This document shows positions 27,251 to 36,924 of a stretch of 64,000 nucleotides of DNA, one piece after another. Numbering within the stretch: position 1 is the first letter of the stretch; each line of letters opens with the position of its first letter. The position numbers and the translations under genes were made by a program. The notes under the pieces are model-generated. The model had not been told where the DNA came from and did no database searches. It was given only the letters and a program-made list of their open reading frames with translations. The stretch comes from an uncultured Myxococcales bacterium (GTDB lineage Bacteria; Myxococcota_A; UBA9042), in NCBI GenBank assembly GCA_903896545.1, contig CAITYF010000159.1, forward strand, positions 5,679 through 69,678, read 5' to 3'.

Positions 27251-29833
27251 ATGTTGCATTTGCGGAAGGTTCTGGCGCTGGCGTTGCTGATGGCGTTGGG
27301 GGCGTGCTCAGAAGACGCCAAGACGGTGGCGGACGATGTGCAGGTGGACGCGGCGGACGACGTCGCGGTGGACGTGACAACGCAAGGCACCGACGCTGTC
27401 GACGCGGCAGACGTTTTTGACCCCACGGGCGCGCTGGGGTTCCACAAAGCGCCGCCACTGCCGATCAACGCGTCGTCGTCGTCCCGCTTTCAGATCCCAA
27501 CGACGTTCACCGTCGGTCAGTTTCAGCCCGGCGTCTGGGTTTTGCCCAACGGGCGGCTGCTGACTCCCGCGGGCGATCAAGTCGAGTTGAAAAGCTACGC
27601 GATGGGTATCGTCGCGCATCCCAACGGAAAATTCGCCTACATTTCCAACGATCGCGAGGACGGTCCGAGCCTGCAGGTGGTCGATCTGGCGCAAAAGAAG
27701 GTCGTGCAGACCGTGCCGCGGCCAGACTTGTACCGCTTCCTGGTGGTGTCGCCGGACGGGCAGTATCTGTACGCGTCGGGCGGTCCGGAGGCGACGTCGT
27801 GGCGCATGAAGATCGCTGCGGACGGCACGCTGACCGAGGATCGTTCCTATTCGCCGAATCACGGCTTCTTCTCGATCGCGCTCTCGCCCGATGGCAAGAA
27901 ACTCTACGGCGTCACCAGTTACGCGACGCTTGGAAAGGCGGGCACGCAGCTCTTTTCCGGCTATGACGCGGACACGGGTGCGAACCTGTTTTCGGTGCTG
28001 ACCGCGACGACGCCTTACGATTTGGTTGTCACGCCTGATGGCAAGTTCGCGTACTACGTGACTTGGCGCGACGGCAACGTCCAGCGCGTGGATCTGGCGA
28101 ACCCGACCTCGCCGACGGAAGCCGACACGCTGCCGCTGGGCTTCAACGCGCAAGGCATCGTCGTTTCCCCCGATGGCAAGACGCTGTGGGCGTCGATCGT
28201 CGAAGCGGACGAAGTCGCGCAAATCGACGCGGCGACGCTCAAGCTGGTCAAGCGGATTCCGGTCGGTATGGCGCCGCTGGATCAGCCGCTGATGTCGCCG
28301 CGCGGCCGTGATCCGGGGTTGATGGCGCTCTCGCCCGACGGCAAGCGCCTGTACATCGTGTGCGCGATGTCCAACGAAGTGAGCGTGGTGGACACCGCGG
28401 CGGGTAAGGTCATCGGCGCGATTCCGGTCGGCTGGTATCCATCTGGCGTCGCGGTGACGGCGGACGGCAAGTCGCTGCTCGTGGCCAACGCCAAGGGCGT
28501 GGGTCTGCCGCCGTGGGACGGTTCCACGTCCGTTGAGAAGGCGTACATCGGCACGCTGAGCATCATTCCGACTCCAGACGACGCGGCGCTGATTCAAGGC
28601 CAAAAAGACGTGTTGGACAACATGATCGGCGTGACGGGGCTCGGTCGTCTGGCGCAAACGCCGGAGTCCAAGGTTGTGCTGCCGGAGAAAGGTCCGTCGC
28701 CGCAGATCAAGCACATCGTGTACCTGATGCGCGAGAACAAGACGTTTGACGCGGAGCTGGGTGACATCGGAACGACCTTGAAAGAAGCCAAGGCAGATCC
28801 GAAGTTCACGATCTTTGGCGAGGAATTCACGCCGAACTTGCACAAACTGGCAGCGAACTACTGCCTTTTGGACAACTTCTACACGGACGGCGACTACTCG
28901 GCGACGGGGCACGGCTACGCGACAGCAGGCAAGCCTTCGGATTACATCGAGAAGTTCTACGGTTTGTCCGACAAAGGCGCGGATCCGACCTGGAACGTGG
29001 GCAAGCTGTCCGCGCCGGGTCAGGGCTTCCTGTTTAGCAACATGCTGGCGTATGGCTACACGGCGGCGAGTTTCGGCGAGATCGTCGGCATGAACGACCC
29101 GTACATTTTTGAGAACGTGCTGCAGGGCGATTACCCGGGCCTTGTGTTCAATCTGGGGGTGAAGGACGTCGACAAGGCGAACTACTTCGCGGAGTGGATC
29201 AAGACCCACGACTTGCCGACGTTCACGTTCCTTTCCGTGCCCAACAACCACACGTGCTGTGGCGGCACGCCGGACAAGGAGTCGCCGCGCTCGATGGTGG
29301 CGGACAACGACTTGGGCACGGGCATCATCATCGACGCGCTGTCCAAGAGTCCGTACTGGCACGAGACAGTCGTCTTCATCTTTGAGGACGACCCGCAGGA
29401 TGGCGGCGACTCCGTGGCGTATCACCGCTCGCCGCTTCTGGTCGTCAGCCCGTGGTCGAAGAAGGGCACCGTACTGCACGATCACTTTGCGACCGCCGGC
29501 ATACACGCGACGTTGGAGCGCATGCTGGACGTGACGCCGCTGACGGAGCTGGATGCGCTGGCGTCGCCGATCTACGGCTGCTTTACGGACAAGCCCGACG
29601 ACGGACCGTATCAGAAGCTCGATCGCGTATACCCCGTGACGACCAACGCTCAGGAAAAAGGCAAGAAATGGTCCAAGGGCATCCAGAAGGCCTGGGACGA
29701 GATGCAGTTTGACGCGCCCGATCAGAATCGCGGGTTGGGTCGACTGCTCTGGTTGATGTACAAAGGCACCCCGGCGCCGTGGCCCAATTGGTTGATTGGC
29801 CGCGCAGGAGAGGGTGTGGATGCGGACGATTAG
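27251..29833 (+). CDS. YVTN beta-propeller plus alkaline-phosphatase-superfamily phosphoesterase lipoprotein
   Basis: Lipobox LGAC, LPNGRLLTPAG, repeated SPDGK blades, IPVGWYP, IKHIVYLMRENKTFD, ADNDLG, EDDPQDG. Confidence 0.88.
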   Translation: MLHLRKVLALALLMALGACSEDAKTVADDVQVDAADDVAVDVTTQGTDAVDAADVFDPTGALGFHKAPPLPINASSSSRFQIPTTFTVGQFQPGVWVLPNGRLLTPAGDQVELKSYAMGIVAHPNGKFAYISNDREDGPSLQVVDLAQKKVVQTVPRPDLYRFLVVSPDGQYLYASGGPEATSWRMKIAADGTLTEDRSYSPNHGFFSIALSPDGKKLYGVTSYATLGKAGTQLFSGYDADTGANLFSVLTATTPYDLVVTPDGKFAYYVTWRDGNVQRVDLANPTSPTEADTLPLGFNAQGIVVSPDGKTLWASIVEADEVAQIDAATLKLVKRIPVGMAPLDQPLMSPRGRDPGLMALSPDGKRLYIVCAMSNEVSVVDTAAGKVIGAIPVGWYPSGVAVTADGKSLLVANAKGVGLPPWDGSTSVEKAYIGTLSIIPTPDDAALIQGQKDVLDNMIGVTGLGRLAQTPESKVVLPEKGPSPQIKHIVYLMRENKTFDAELGDIGTTLKEAKADPKFTIFGEEFTPNLHKLAANYCLLDNFYTDGDYSATGHGYATAGKPSDYIEKFYGLSDKGADPTWNVGKLSAPGQGFLFSNMLAYGYTAASFGEIVGMNDPYIFENVLQGDYPGLVFNLGVKDVDKANYFAEWIKTHDLPTFTFLSVPNNHTCCGGTPDKESPRSMVADNDLGTGIIIDALSKSPYWHETVVFIFEDDPQDGGDSVAYHRSPLLVVSPWSKKGTVLHDHFATAGIHATLERMLDVTPLTELDALASPIYGCFTDKPDDGPYQKLDRVYPVTTNAQEKGKKWSKGIQKAWDEMQFDAPDQNRGLGRLLWLMYKGTPAPWPNWLIGRAGEGVDADD

Positions 29834-30923
29834 TTGCACGTTCTTGATTCTACTGGCGAGTTGCCGGCACCAATCGGAGCCGCAGACGACAGCACCGCAG
29901 GCTCAACCGGCCGCGGCTCCTGCGCCTGAGTCTGTTCCCGCGCCCGCCGCCGCAACGCCGACGTCGCGATCCGATCGCGCGCCGAGCGTGCAGCAAAGGC
30001 CGACGATGTGGTCGCGCGTGCGCGATTGGCCCGATCCGGTGGCAGTCGTTCAGGATACGCCGATCGCGCGCAAGGATCTGCTGGCCGATCTGCAAGCCGA
30101 GGTTGACGGTGGCGTGCTGACCAATGACGTCGACGAAGTCACTGGGCTGCGCGCCGCCGCGACGGCGCTGGAAGCGCGCATCGACGCCGTGATTGTGCAC
30201 AAGGCGGTGCCAACGGGTGCAATCCTGGCGGTTGAACGCGCGGCGCAAAGCGAGTTGGTGGCGGAGCAGACGCGCGCCGGTGGTCGCGATCTGTGGCTGA
30301 AGGCGATCGCGCGGCGTGGTCAGAGCGAAGAAGGACGGAAGCGATCGCTGCTGACCCAAGCGGGGCTGGATGCTCTCGTGGCCAAGGATGTCCCGCCCGC
30401 CACGGAAGCTGACCTGCGCGAGCGGTACGAGCACAACCAGAAGCTGCTGACGCTGCCTGCCGCCGTGCGCGTGCGCGAGATTTCCGTGCCGACGACGGAC
30501 AAGCCGGGCTCAGTTCTGGCGGGCGCGGCGGAGACGAAGCTGAGCGCGCAGGTGCTGGGCGACCAACTGACCACGCCGACGAGCGGCTGGCTGACGCGGC
30601 GCGAGCTGGGACCGGAGCGCTGGGCGGCGGTTGCGAACCTGAAAGTCGGGCTGTTGACGCCGATTGTGCGGACGTCGTTTGGCGTCCACCGGCTGCAGGT
30701 CATCGAGCACCGCGCTGAACGCAAGCAGTCATGGGCAGAGGCGAAGGTGCGGCTGGCGGCGTACGTCGAGCGCTTTCGCACGTTTGAGGCGGGACACAAG
30801 CTCCTGCTGAAGCTTCGCGCGGCCGCCAAGGTGCAGCGTTTTTCGCCGTTTGACCATCCACCGGGCGGTTTGCCGCTGGCAGGTGATGTCACCGTCGGCG
30901 CTTTTGAGGAGGATGACGACTGA
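29820..30923 (+). CDS. SurA/PrsA-like peptidyl-prolyl isomerase/foldase lipoprotein
   Basis: Lipobox LASC, SurA-N-like helices, degenerate parvulin (LTPIVRTSFGVH), LRAAAKV end. Confidence 0.7.
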   Translation: MRTISCTFLILLASCRHQSEPQTTAPQAQPAAAPAPESVPAPAAATPTSRSDRAPSVQQRPTMWSRVRDWPDPVAVVQDTPIARKDLLADLQAEVDGGVLTNDVDEVTGLRAAATALEARIDAVIVHKAVPTGAILAVERAAQSELVAEQTRAGGRDLWLKAIARRGQSEEGRKRSLLTQAGLDALVAKDVPPATEADLRERYEHNQKLLTLPAAVRVREISVPTTDKPGSVLAGAAETKLSAQVLGDQLTTPTSGWLTRRELGPERWAAVANLKVGLLTPIVRTSFGVHRLQVIEHRAERKQSWAEAKVRLAAYVERFRTFEAGHKLLLKLRAAAKVQRFSPFDHPPGGLPLAGDVTVGAFEEDDD

Positions 30924-32179
30924 TGCGATTTCTTGCCTTCGCGCTTCTGGCCAGTGCCACCTTTGCGCAAACCTCCTACGCCCAAGCGCAACCCAACGCG
31001 ACGGATGCTGGTACGGATTCGGCCGACGGTGTTGACGTCAATCCGGCTGATTCCAACAACGGTAGCGTCGCTCGCGATACCGGCGAACGCACGACTGTCG
31101 CGCCGACGCCGACCGCGGTTGCGACCGGCCCATTGCGGGACCTGACGCTTGAGCCGACCGGCTTGCTGCGGACCAGCATCATCTACTCGACGTCAGACAC
31201 TTCCGTCGTGGGCGGCAAGACGGTGGATTCGTCCAAAGCCGATCCGTCGCTGTTTGGTTATCGCCAAGGCTTCGTCTTGGAAAACGCGCAGTTTGGCGTG
31301 AAGGGTAAGTCGGCGGAATCTGGGCTCTACTACAGCGCGCGCGTGGAAATGGTGCCGCGTGAAAAAGACGGCAACAGCTCGCGCGACTTTTTGCGTGACG
31401 GCTACATCGGCTGGAACGGCTTGAAGGTCGTCGACGTGCGGCTTGGCTGGCAAAAGGTGGCGTTCTCCCAGGCCAATCTGAAAGGCACACACGACCAAAC
31501 GCTGCCGTACGCGCCGACGTTTGACGTGTTCACGCCGACGCGGCAACTCGGCCTGACGGTCGCGGGCATGGACACCAAAGAGCGGGTAAAAGTGACGGTG
31601 GGCGCGTTCAACTCGGCCAAACAGGCGCTGGAACAGCTCACGGACTCTTCACAGTTGATGATGGCTGGCCGCGCGGAAGTGAACATTGACCGCTTCCTGG
31701 GCGACGACGTCGGCTTCAAGTGGCGCATTGGCGGCGGTGCGGCGTACACCAAGAAGTACTTCGACAACGGACAGCAGCGCATGTGGTTCGGCGCGGACAC
31801 GCGCGCGCGCTGGCGCTGGCTGGAACTGGAAGCGGAATTCGTGCAGATGCAGTTTTTCACCGACGCCGCGTCGGATGGATCGCAGCCTGTGCACGCTGGC
31901 AGTGGTTGGCACACCGACTTGACCGGCTGGCTCCTGGACGACCGCGTGTCGATCACCGGGCGCATCGAGCAGATGGACGGCGACGACACGCTGACCGACG
32001 GTCAAAGTCTGATCATCGACACGTTGGCGCGGCAGAAGAAGCAGTGGATGACGCTGGGCATTGGTTACACGCACGGGAAGGTCGGTCGCTGCATTCTGGC
32101 GTGGATTCATCGCTCCGAGTTGGAAGGGTTTGAGCTGGCCAACGACAATGGCCAGTTGACCTGCCATGTGGCATTCTAA
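30923..32179 (+). CDS. Outer-membrane porin (OprO/OprP-like, tentative)
   Basis: Signal peptide; GFVLENAQFGVKG, LRDGYI, RLGWQKVAFS, RQLG; C-terminal Phe. Confidence 0.65.
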   Translation: MRFLAFALLASATFAQTSYAQAQPNATDAGTDSADGVDVNPADSNNGSVARDTGERTTVAPTPTAVATGPLRDLTLEPTGLLRTSIIYSTSDTSVVGGKTVDSSKADPSLFGYRQGFVLENAQFGVKGKSAESGLYYSARVEMVPREKDGNSSRDFLRDGYIGWNGLKVVDVRLGWQKVAFSQANLKGTHDQTLPYAPTFDVFTPTRQLGLTVAGMDTKERVKVTVGAFNSAKQALEQLTDSSQLMMAGRAEVNIDRFLGDDVGFKWRIGGGAAYTKKYFDNGQQRMWFGADTRARWRWLELEAEFVQMQFFTDAASDGSQPVHAGSGWHTDLTGWLLDDRVSITGRIEQMDGDDTLTDGQSLIIDTLARQKKQWMTLGIGYTHGKVGRCILAWIHRSELEGFELANDNGQLTCHVAF

Positions 32180-32250
32180 GCGTGCTGACCGGTCTTGAAC
32201 CGCGGTCAGTGTGTGTCGAGACGAGCCTGGGCGACTGTTTTGGGGGAACT

Positions 32251-33636
32251 ATGAAGCGTTTTGCGGTGATTTTGGCATGTTTTGCGCTGCCGGCGTGCTT
32301 GGAAACCAAGGCAGCGACCAACGCGGCTGATGTGGCGACGACCGAGGACACCGCCGCGGTGGACATTGCGGGCGACGCTTCCACGACGACGGGTGACTCG
32401 CCGGTTGCCGTGACCGCGCCTGCAAGCTGGGCGAGCGACCCGAACAAGGCCGTGAAAGCGGTGCACATGACGTGGCAACACGATGCGTCGACGACCGTCA
32501 CGGTGCAGTGGACGACCCCGGCGACGACGTTGGACGGCTACACGCCGAAGGTGTGGTTCGGCCCCGCTTCTGGCGCCGCTGACGATGGCAGCAAGATGCA
32601 GTTCGCCCCCGCGCTCACCGCGACCGGTGCGGGTGAAATCTACTACCAGACGATCACCGACGTGACGCCCGATACGCCGAGCTACATCACGTGGACCGTC
32701 GAACTGACCGGTTTGAAGCCGGCGACCGACTACGTCTTCCGCGCTGGAACGTGGGCGGACTTCAAGGCAGGCGCGTTCGTCTCGCCGGACCTCTCAGACG
32801 TTCAGCATGTACGCACCGCGATAGCCAAGGGCAAGCGCGACCCGTTCAACCTGATCCTCTGCGGTGACAGCCGCGGCGGCACGGAGAAGATCCGCACGAA
32901 CGCGGACCGTTTGGCGAAGATCGACGCCGCGTTTTGGCTCTTCAACGGCGACTTCAACGAGACTGGCGTGCAGGAACAGTGGGACGACTGGTTCGACGCG
33001 ATGAAGCCAATCCTGAGCAAGCGTCCGCTCATGCCGGTGCAGGGCAACCACGAGTTCTTCCCGCCGACGTTCTACGGCCAGTTTGCGCTGCCGGTTGAGG
33101 CGGGCGTGGGCGCGGACTACAAGGAGCACGCGTGGTCGTTTACCTACGCGAATGTGCACTTTATCGGCTTGGATTCGACGCAGGATTCCAACGTTCAGGA
33201 TCAGGTCGCCTGGCTTGAATCCGACCTGAAAGCCGCGCGCGCCGACAAGGACATCGACTGGATCATCGCGACGATGCACCATCCCGCGTACTCGGCGTGC
33301 ACCAACCATGGCTCGACTGATCGCGTGCAGAAGTATTGGGTGCCGCTGTTCGAGAAGTACGACGTGGATCTGATCTTTGCCGGCCATGACCACAACTACG
33401 AGCGTTCCTGGCCGTGGCGCGCCAACGCCAAGGTCGACAAGGGGCCGATTTACGTCGTCGCGGGCGCGTTCTACGCCGACGGTTATACGAACGGCAAAGA
33501 CACCTGGACGGCGACTTCATCCCACGGCAACAAAGGCAACTACGTGGAAATGCAGGTCAACGGCAGCAAGATCACGTTCACGGCGTACAGCGGTGATGGC
33601 TCCGAGACGCTGGACACGTACACGCTGCAAAAATGA
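32251..33636 (+). CDS. Purple-acid-phosphatase-type metallophosphoesterase lipoprotein (FN3-like N-domain)
   Basis: Lipobox LPAC; VHMTW, VELTGLKPATDY, GDSR, NGD, GNHE, MHHP, GHDHNYER. Confidence 0.9.
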   Translation: MKRFAVILACFALPACLETKAATNAADVATTEDTAAVDIAGDASTTTGDSPVAVTAPASWASDPNKAVKAVHMTWQHDASTTVTVQWTTPATTLDGYTPKVWFGPASGAADDGSKMQFAPALTATGAGEIYYQTITDVTPDTPSYITWTVELTGLKPATDYVFRAGTWADFKAGAFVSPDLSDVQHVRTAIAKGKRDPFNLILCGDSRGGTEKIRTNADRLAKIDAAFWLFNGDFNETGVQEQWDDWFDAMKPILSKRPLMPVQGNHEFFPPTFYGQFALPVEAGVGADYKEHAWSFTYANVHFIGLDSTQDSNVQDQVAWLESDLKAARADKDIDWIIATMHHPAYSACTNHGSTDRVQKYWVPLFEKYDVDLIFAGHDHNYERSWPWRANAKVDKGPIYVVAGAFYADGYTNGKDTWTATSSHGNKGNYVEMQVNGSKITFTAYSGDGSETLDTYTLQK

Positions 33637-34037
33637 CCCGCTGGACGGCAACGTTGCTTTTGGTGGCGTGTTCGCCCGCGGCTCGCGTCGCGCCTGAACA
33701 GGATGATGTTGCTGCGGAAGTGAGCGTAGCCAGTGATGCTGCGGCAGCCGATACTGCCAAGCCTGTCGACGCTGTGAAATCCGCCGACACGTCCATCCTG
33801 TGCGACCTCGACTGCGACGACGGCAAGCCGTGCACCCTGGACGTCTGCTACTTCAAGATCGGCTGCACCCACGTCCCGCGCTCCGGCACGTGCAACGACG
33901 GGAACCCGTGTACGACCGGCGACTTCTGCGTCGACGACACGTGTTCTGGCGCGGCGATGAACTGTGACGATGGCAACGCCTGCACCGACGACGCGTGCGC
34001 GCTTCCCGGCGCCTGCACGTACACGAGCCACTGCTGA
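33633..34037 (+). CDS. Small Cys-rich repeat lipoprotein
   Basis: Lipobox LVAC; three CDDGxxCTxDxC repeats; start overlaps the upstream stop. Confidence 0.7.
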   Translation: MTRWTATLLLVACSPAARVAPEQDDVAAEVSVASDAAAADTAKPVDAVKSADTSILCDLDCDDGKPCTLDVCYFKIGCTHVPRSGTCNDGNPCTTGDFCVDDTCSGAAMNCDDGNACTDDACALPGACTYTSHC

Positions 34038-34066
34038 AACGTGATCAGCGGTTGTTTGTCGCGCGT

Positions 34067-34145
34067 GCGGCGGCACGGCAACGTTTTCGCGGCAGCACTG
34101 TCATCGTGCGACATCGCCGCGACGGGATCGCAACGGGATCGCCAA
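34067..34145 (+). promoter_or_regulatory. 11-bp-period direct repeats (PHO-box-like) upstream of the glycosyltransferase
   Basis: GCGGC/GCAAC/GCGGC/GTCAT at 34067-34100 and GCGAC/GCGAC/GCAAC/GCCAA at 34108-34141; includes the near-exact repeat GCGACGGGATC-GCAACGGGATC. Confidence 0.4.
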
Positions 34146-34213
34146 GATCGCCACATCATGGATGTTTTCGCACTACGCTGGATCAGGCCAACCTTGCTGG
34201 CCCGGAGCAGCCG

Positions 34214-35392
34214 ATGCGGATTCTCTACGGTGTGGCGGGTGAAGGGCTGGGGCACGCGATGCGGACACAGGCTGTGGCGCAGCACCTGCTCGCGCAGGGG
34301 CATGACGTGCGCGTGCTGGCAGCGGGACGCGCGTCGGATGCGTTGAGCCCGCATTTGCCCTACGTCCGGCGGATCGAGGGGCTGGAGCTGGCAATTGCTG
34401 GCAACAAGGTCGACCGGACAGGGACGCTCGTACACAACCTGACGCGCGCGTTGGGCAATGTGCGGCACAATCTGGCGGCTTGGCAGGATCTGCTGCTGGA
34501 GCCGGCGGCGCTGCCCGTTGAGCAGCCGATGCAACTCGCGGTGAACGCGCCGGCGCCCACGACGCGGAGTTCGCTGCAGTTGGTGCCGGACGAGCCGATG
34601 GGTCCCGCGAATTTCGAGCCGAATCTGGTGATTTCGGACTTTGAGACCTGGACTTGGTGCTGCGCGCGGATGCACGGGCTGCCGCTGCTGGCCATCGACA
34701 ACTGCCAGTCCATCAATCGGCTGGAGCATCCCAAGGCGGTGCGCGCTGGCCAACGTGCGTCGTTTGAACTGGCCCGCGCGGTCGTCAAGGCCAAGACGCC
34801 GGGCGCGGATCACTACGTGATTCCGACGTTTTTCCGCACCTCGGTGGTCAAGAAACGCACGACGATGGTGCCGCCGATTCTGCGGGCCGCGGCGCTGCGG
34901 GCGATTGCGCGTGAAGGGGCTCACGTGGTCGTGTACCAATCCGCAGAAGGCTGGAGCGACCTTCCCGACGTGCTCAAGCGCATTCCGCAAGTGGACTTTC
35001 ACGTCTACGGTTTTCGCCGGGACATCACAGCGGACGTGCGCGATGACAACCTGCTGTATCGGCCAATCAGCGAGCACGGCTTCCTGCAGGACCTCGCGAG
35101 TTGTCGTGCGGTGATCGCCAGCGCCGGGTTTACGTTGATGTCCGAAGCGCTGTGGCTGGGCAAGCCGATGTTGGCCGTGCCGCTCGCCGGGCAGTTTGAG
35201 CAGATGATGAACGCGCGTTGGCTGGAGCATCTGGGCTACGGGATGATGACGGAGTCGCTCGGCCGCAAGGCGATCCTGAAGTTGCTGGACAAAGGCGATG
35301 GCTGCCGCGAGAAGATGCGACGGCACCGGCAGTATGGCAACGCGGAGGCGTTTGAAGTGATTGACGACCAGATCGATCGGCTGGCGCGCTAG
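34214..35392 (+). CDS. GT-B glycosyltransferase (MJ1255/VC2487-like)
   Basis: MRILYGVAGEGLGHAMR, VISDFE, AGFTLMSEALWLGKPML.P..GQFEQ..NA. Confidence 0.88.
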   Translation: MRILYGVAGEGLGHAMRTQAVAQHLLAQGHDVRVLAAGRASDALSPHLPYVRRIEGLELAIAGNKVDRTGTLVHNLTRALGNVRHNLAAWQDLLLEPAALPVEQPMQLAVNAPAPTTRSSLQLVPDEPMGPANFEPNLVISDFETWTWCCARMHGLPLLAIDNCQSINRLEHPKAVRAGQRASFELARAVVKAKTPGADHYVIPTFFRTSVVKKRTTMVPPILRAAALRAIAREGAHVVVYQSAEGWSDLPDVLKRIPQVDFHVYGFRRDITADVRDDNLLYRPISEHGFLQDLASCRAVIASAGFTLMSEALWLGKPMLAVPLAGQFEQMMNARWLEHLGYGMMTESLGRKAILKLLDKGDGCREKMRRHRQYGNAEAFEVIDDQIDRLAR

Positions 35393-35503
35393 AACGCCGA
35401 GGCACTACCGGAGGCCGAGGCTGGCAAAAAGGCGCAAGCAGGGCAACGATGCGCTGCGCCGAGCATCTGCGGCCAGCCGACCCGGAGTGGGTGGATCGGT
35501 GTC

Positions 35504-35752
35504 CTAGACCGGCAGAACAATCCCCGCGCCCGCAAACAGCACCGCCACACCGCCGCGCACCGGGTAGACGAGCTCGCCATCGGCGCGCAGCAGTCCAGCG
35601 TCCAGAGGCGCGCGCACGAGCGTTCCCGTGCCATCGCGCAGCGCCAGGCGAGAAATATCCCCGTTCAACGCGACAATCAGCGGCGCCGGAGCGGGATGCA
35701 GAGGTTGATGCGTCAACGGACAGGCGAGGAGGTCGGAATTCACCGCGCTCAC
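35504..35752 (-). CDS. Trm112-like small protein
   Basis: LLACPLTHQPL...GLLRADGELVYPVRGGVAVL; GTG start overlaps the FGE gene stop. Confidence 0.7.
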   Translation of the reverse strand: MSAVNSDLLACPLTHQPLHPAPAPLIVALNGDISRLALRDGTGTLVRAPLDAGLLRADGELVYPVRGGVAVLFAGAGIVLPV

Positions 35753-36924
35753 TTCACGTTTTGAGCGCAGCGGAAGCCGACGAACACCAACGGATCGTCC
35801 TGCGGGCCCTTGGCCAGCACGCGCGCGTCCGAACGGCCAAAGCAGTTCGCAACCAGATCCGAGTTCAAGCCGGACGCGGATGCGCTGATGTACGCGCCGC
35901 CGCGAATGATGCGCTTGGTCCCCAAGTTCTTGCCGGTGAACGACTTGTCCAGCACCGCATCCTTGGGATAGCGGGGGCAGATGGGCGTGAATTTTGGGGC
36001 CTGGGGAGCGTAGCAGTCTTCCCAAGTTGCGGTCGGATCGGTGGGCATGCTCATCGCGCCGCACAGGCAGGTGGAGCAGACCGAGCAGGCAGTGCCTGTC
36101 CCGGCGAGGCAGGTGACACAGTCGTCGCAGGTCCACTTCTTCGACAGATCTCCGGTCCAATCGCACGTCGCGCTGATCGGCTTGGCGCTGGGGCTCGACT
36201 TGGCTTCGTCCGCGTCGCTCGCCGTCCATTCCATGACGTTGCCGGCGAGGTCGTACACCGACGTGCCGCCGAACGAGACTTTGTCGTCCACAGACGTCGT
36301 CACCGCGCGCACGTCCGCGTTGTTGCCTTTGCACGCGCCGATCGCGACGTTCTTGTCGCAGCCCGACGGAATCTTGACGCTCGGACCCTTTTCATCGGGC
36401 AAGAACGGGTAAAGCCGCTTCTCGTCGCGTGTCTTGGCTGCGCCGCCCGCGACGAGCTCCCATTCAAACTCGGTCGGCAAGCGCTTGCCGCGGAATTCGC
36501 AGTACTCACGCGCCTGGTTTTGCGTCACGTACACGACTGGGTAGTTGGCGTACTTGCTGTTCGCCGTCCCGCTGAGCGTCATGTAGTAGTCTTGCACGTT
36601 GTTCGGACCGTTGTACGCGGCCGGCTCCGAGCAAACCTCCATTTCCACGCAGTACTGGTACTGCTCGACGGTCACTTCGTGGACGTCGATGGCGAACGGC
36701 TTGACCTTGACCATCACTTCAGGCGAACCCAAGTCCTTGAACTTGGCGTTGTTGATCGTGCAGGCCTTGTCGCCCATGCCAAACAGGTACGTGAGCTGGT
36801 TATCATCGCTCAACGTCGCCATCGGCGTGTCGTCGGGCGGCGCCCGGCCGGTTGCACAGGCGGCAAGCGCCACGGAACCCAGCAAAGTCAGGATCTTCAG
36901 CATGTCGCGCGCGTTCATCTTCAT
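35749..36924 (-). CDS. FGE-sulfatase (SUMF1)-domain lipoprotein with Cys-rich insert
   Basis: Lipobox LAAC; FAIDVHEVT, YPVVYVT, RLPTEFEWE, YDLAGNVMEW, RGG, GFRCA. Confidence 0.88.
   Translation of the reverse strand: MKMNARDMLKILTLLGSVALAACATGRAPPDDTPMATLSDDNQLTYLFGMGDKACTINNAKFKDLGSPEVMVKVKPFAIDVHEVTVEQYQYCVEMEVCSEPAAYNGPNNVQDYYMTLSGTANSKYANYPVVYVTQNQAREYCEFRGKRLPTEFEWELVAGGAAKTRDEKRLYPFLPDEKGPSVKIPSGCDKNVAIGACKGNNADVRAVTTSVDDKVSFGGTSVYDLAGNVMEWTASDADEAKSSPSAKPISATCDWTGDLSKKWTCDDCVTCLAGTGTACSVCSTCLCGAMSMPTDPTATWEDCYAPQAPKFTPICPRYPKDAVLDKSFTGKNLGTKRIIRGGAYISASASGLNSDLVANCFGRSDARVLAKGPQDDPLVFVGFRCAQNVK

Noticed and set aside
27308-29839. 843-aa minus-strand ORF (similarly 52579-55074 +, 55023-56765 -, 57626-59902 -)
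   Set aside because: Each mirrors a well-supported gene on the opposite strand.
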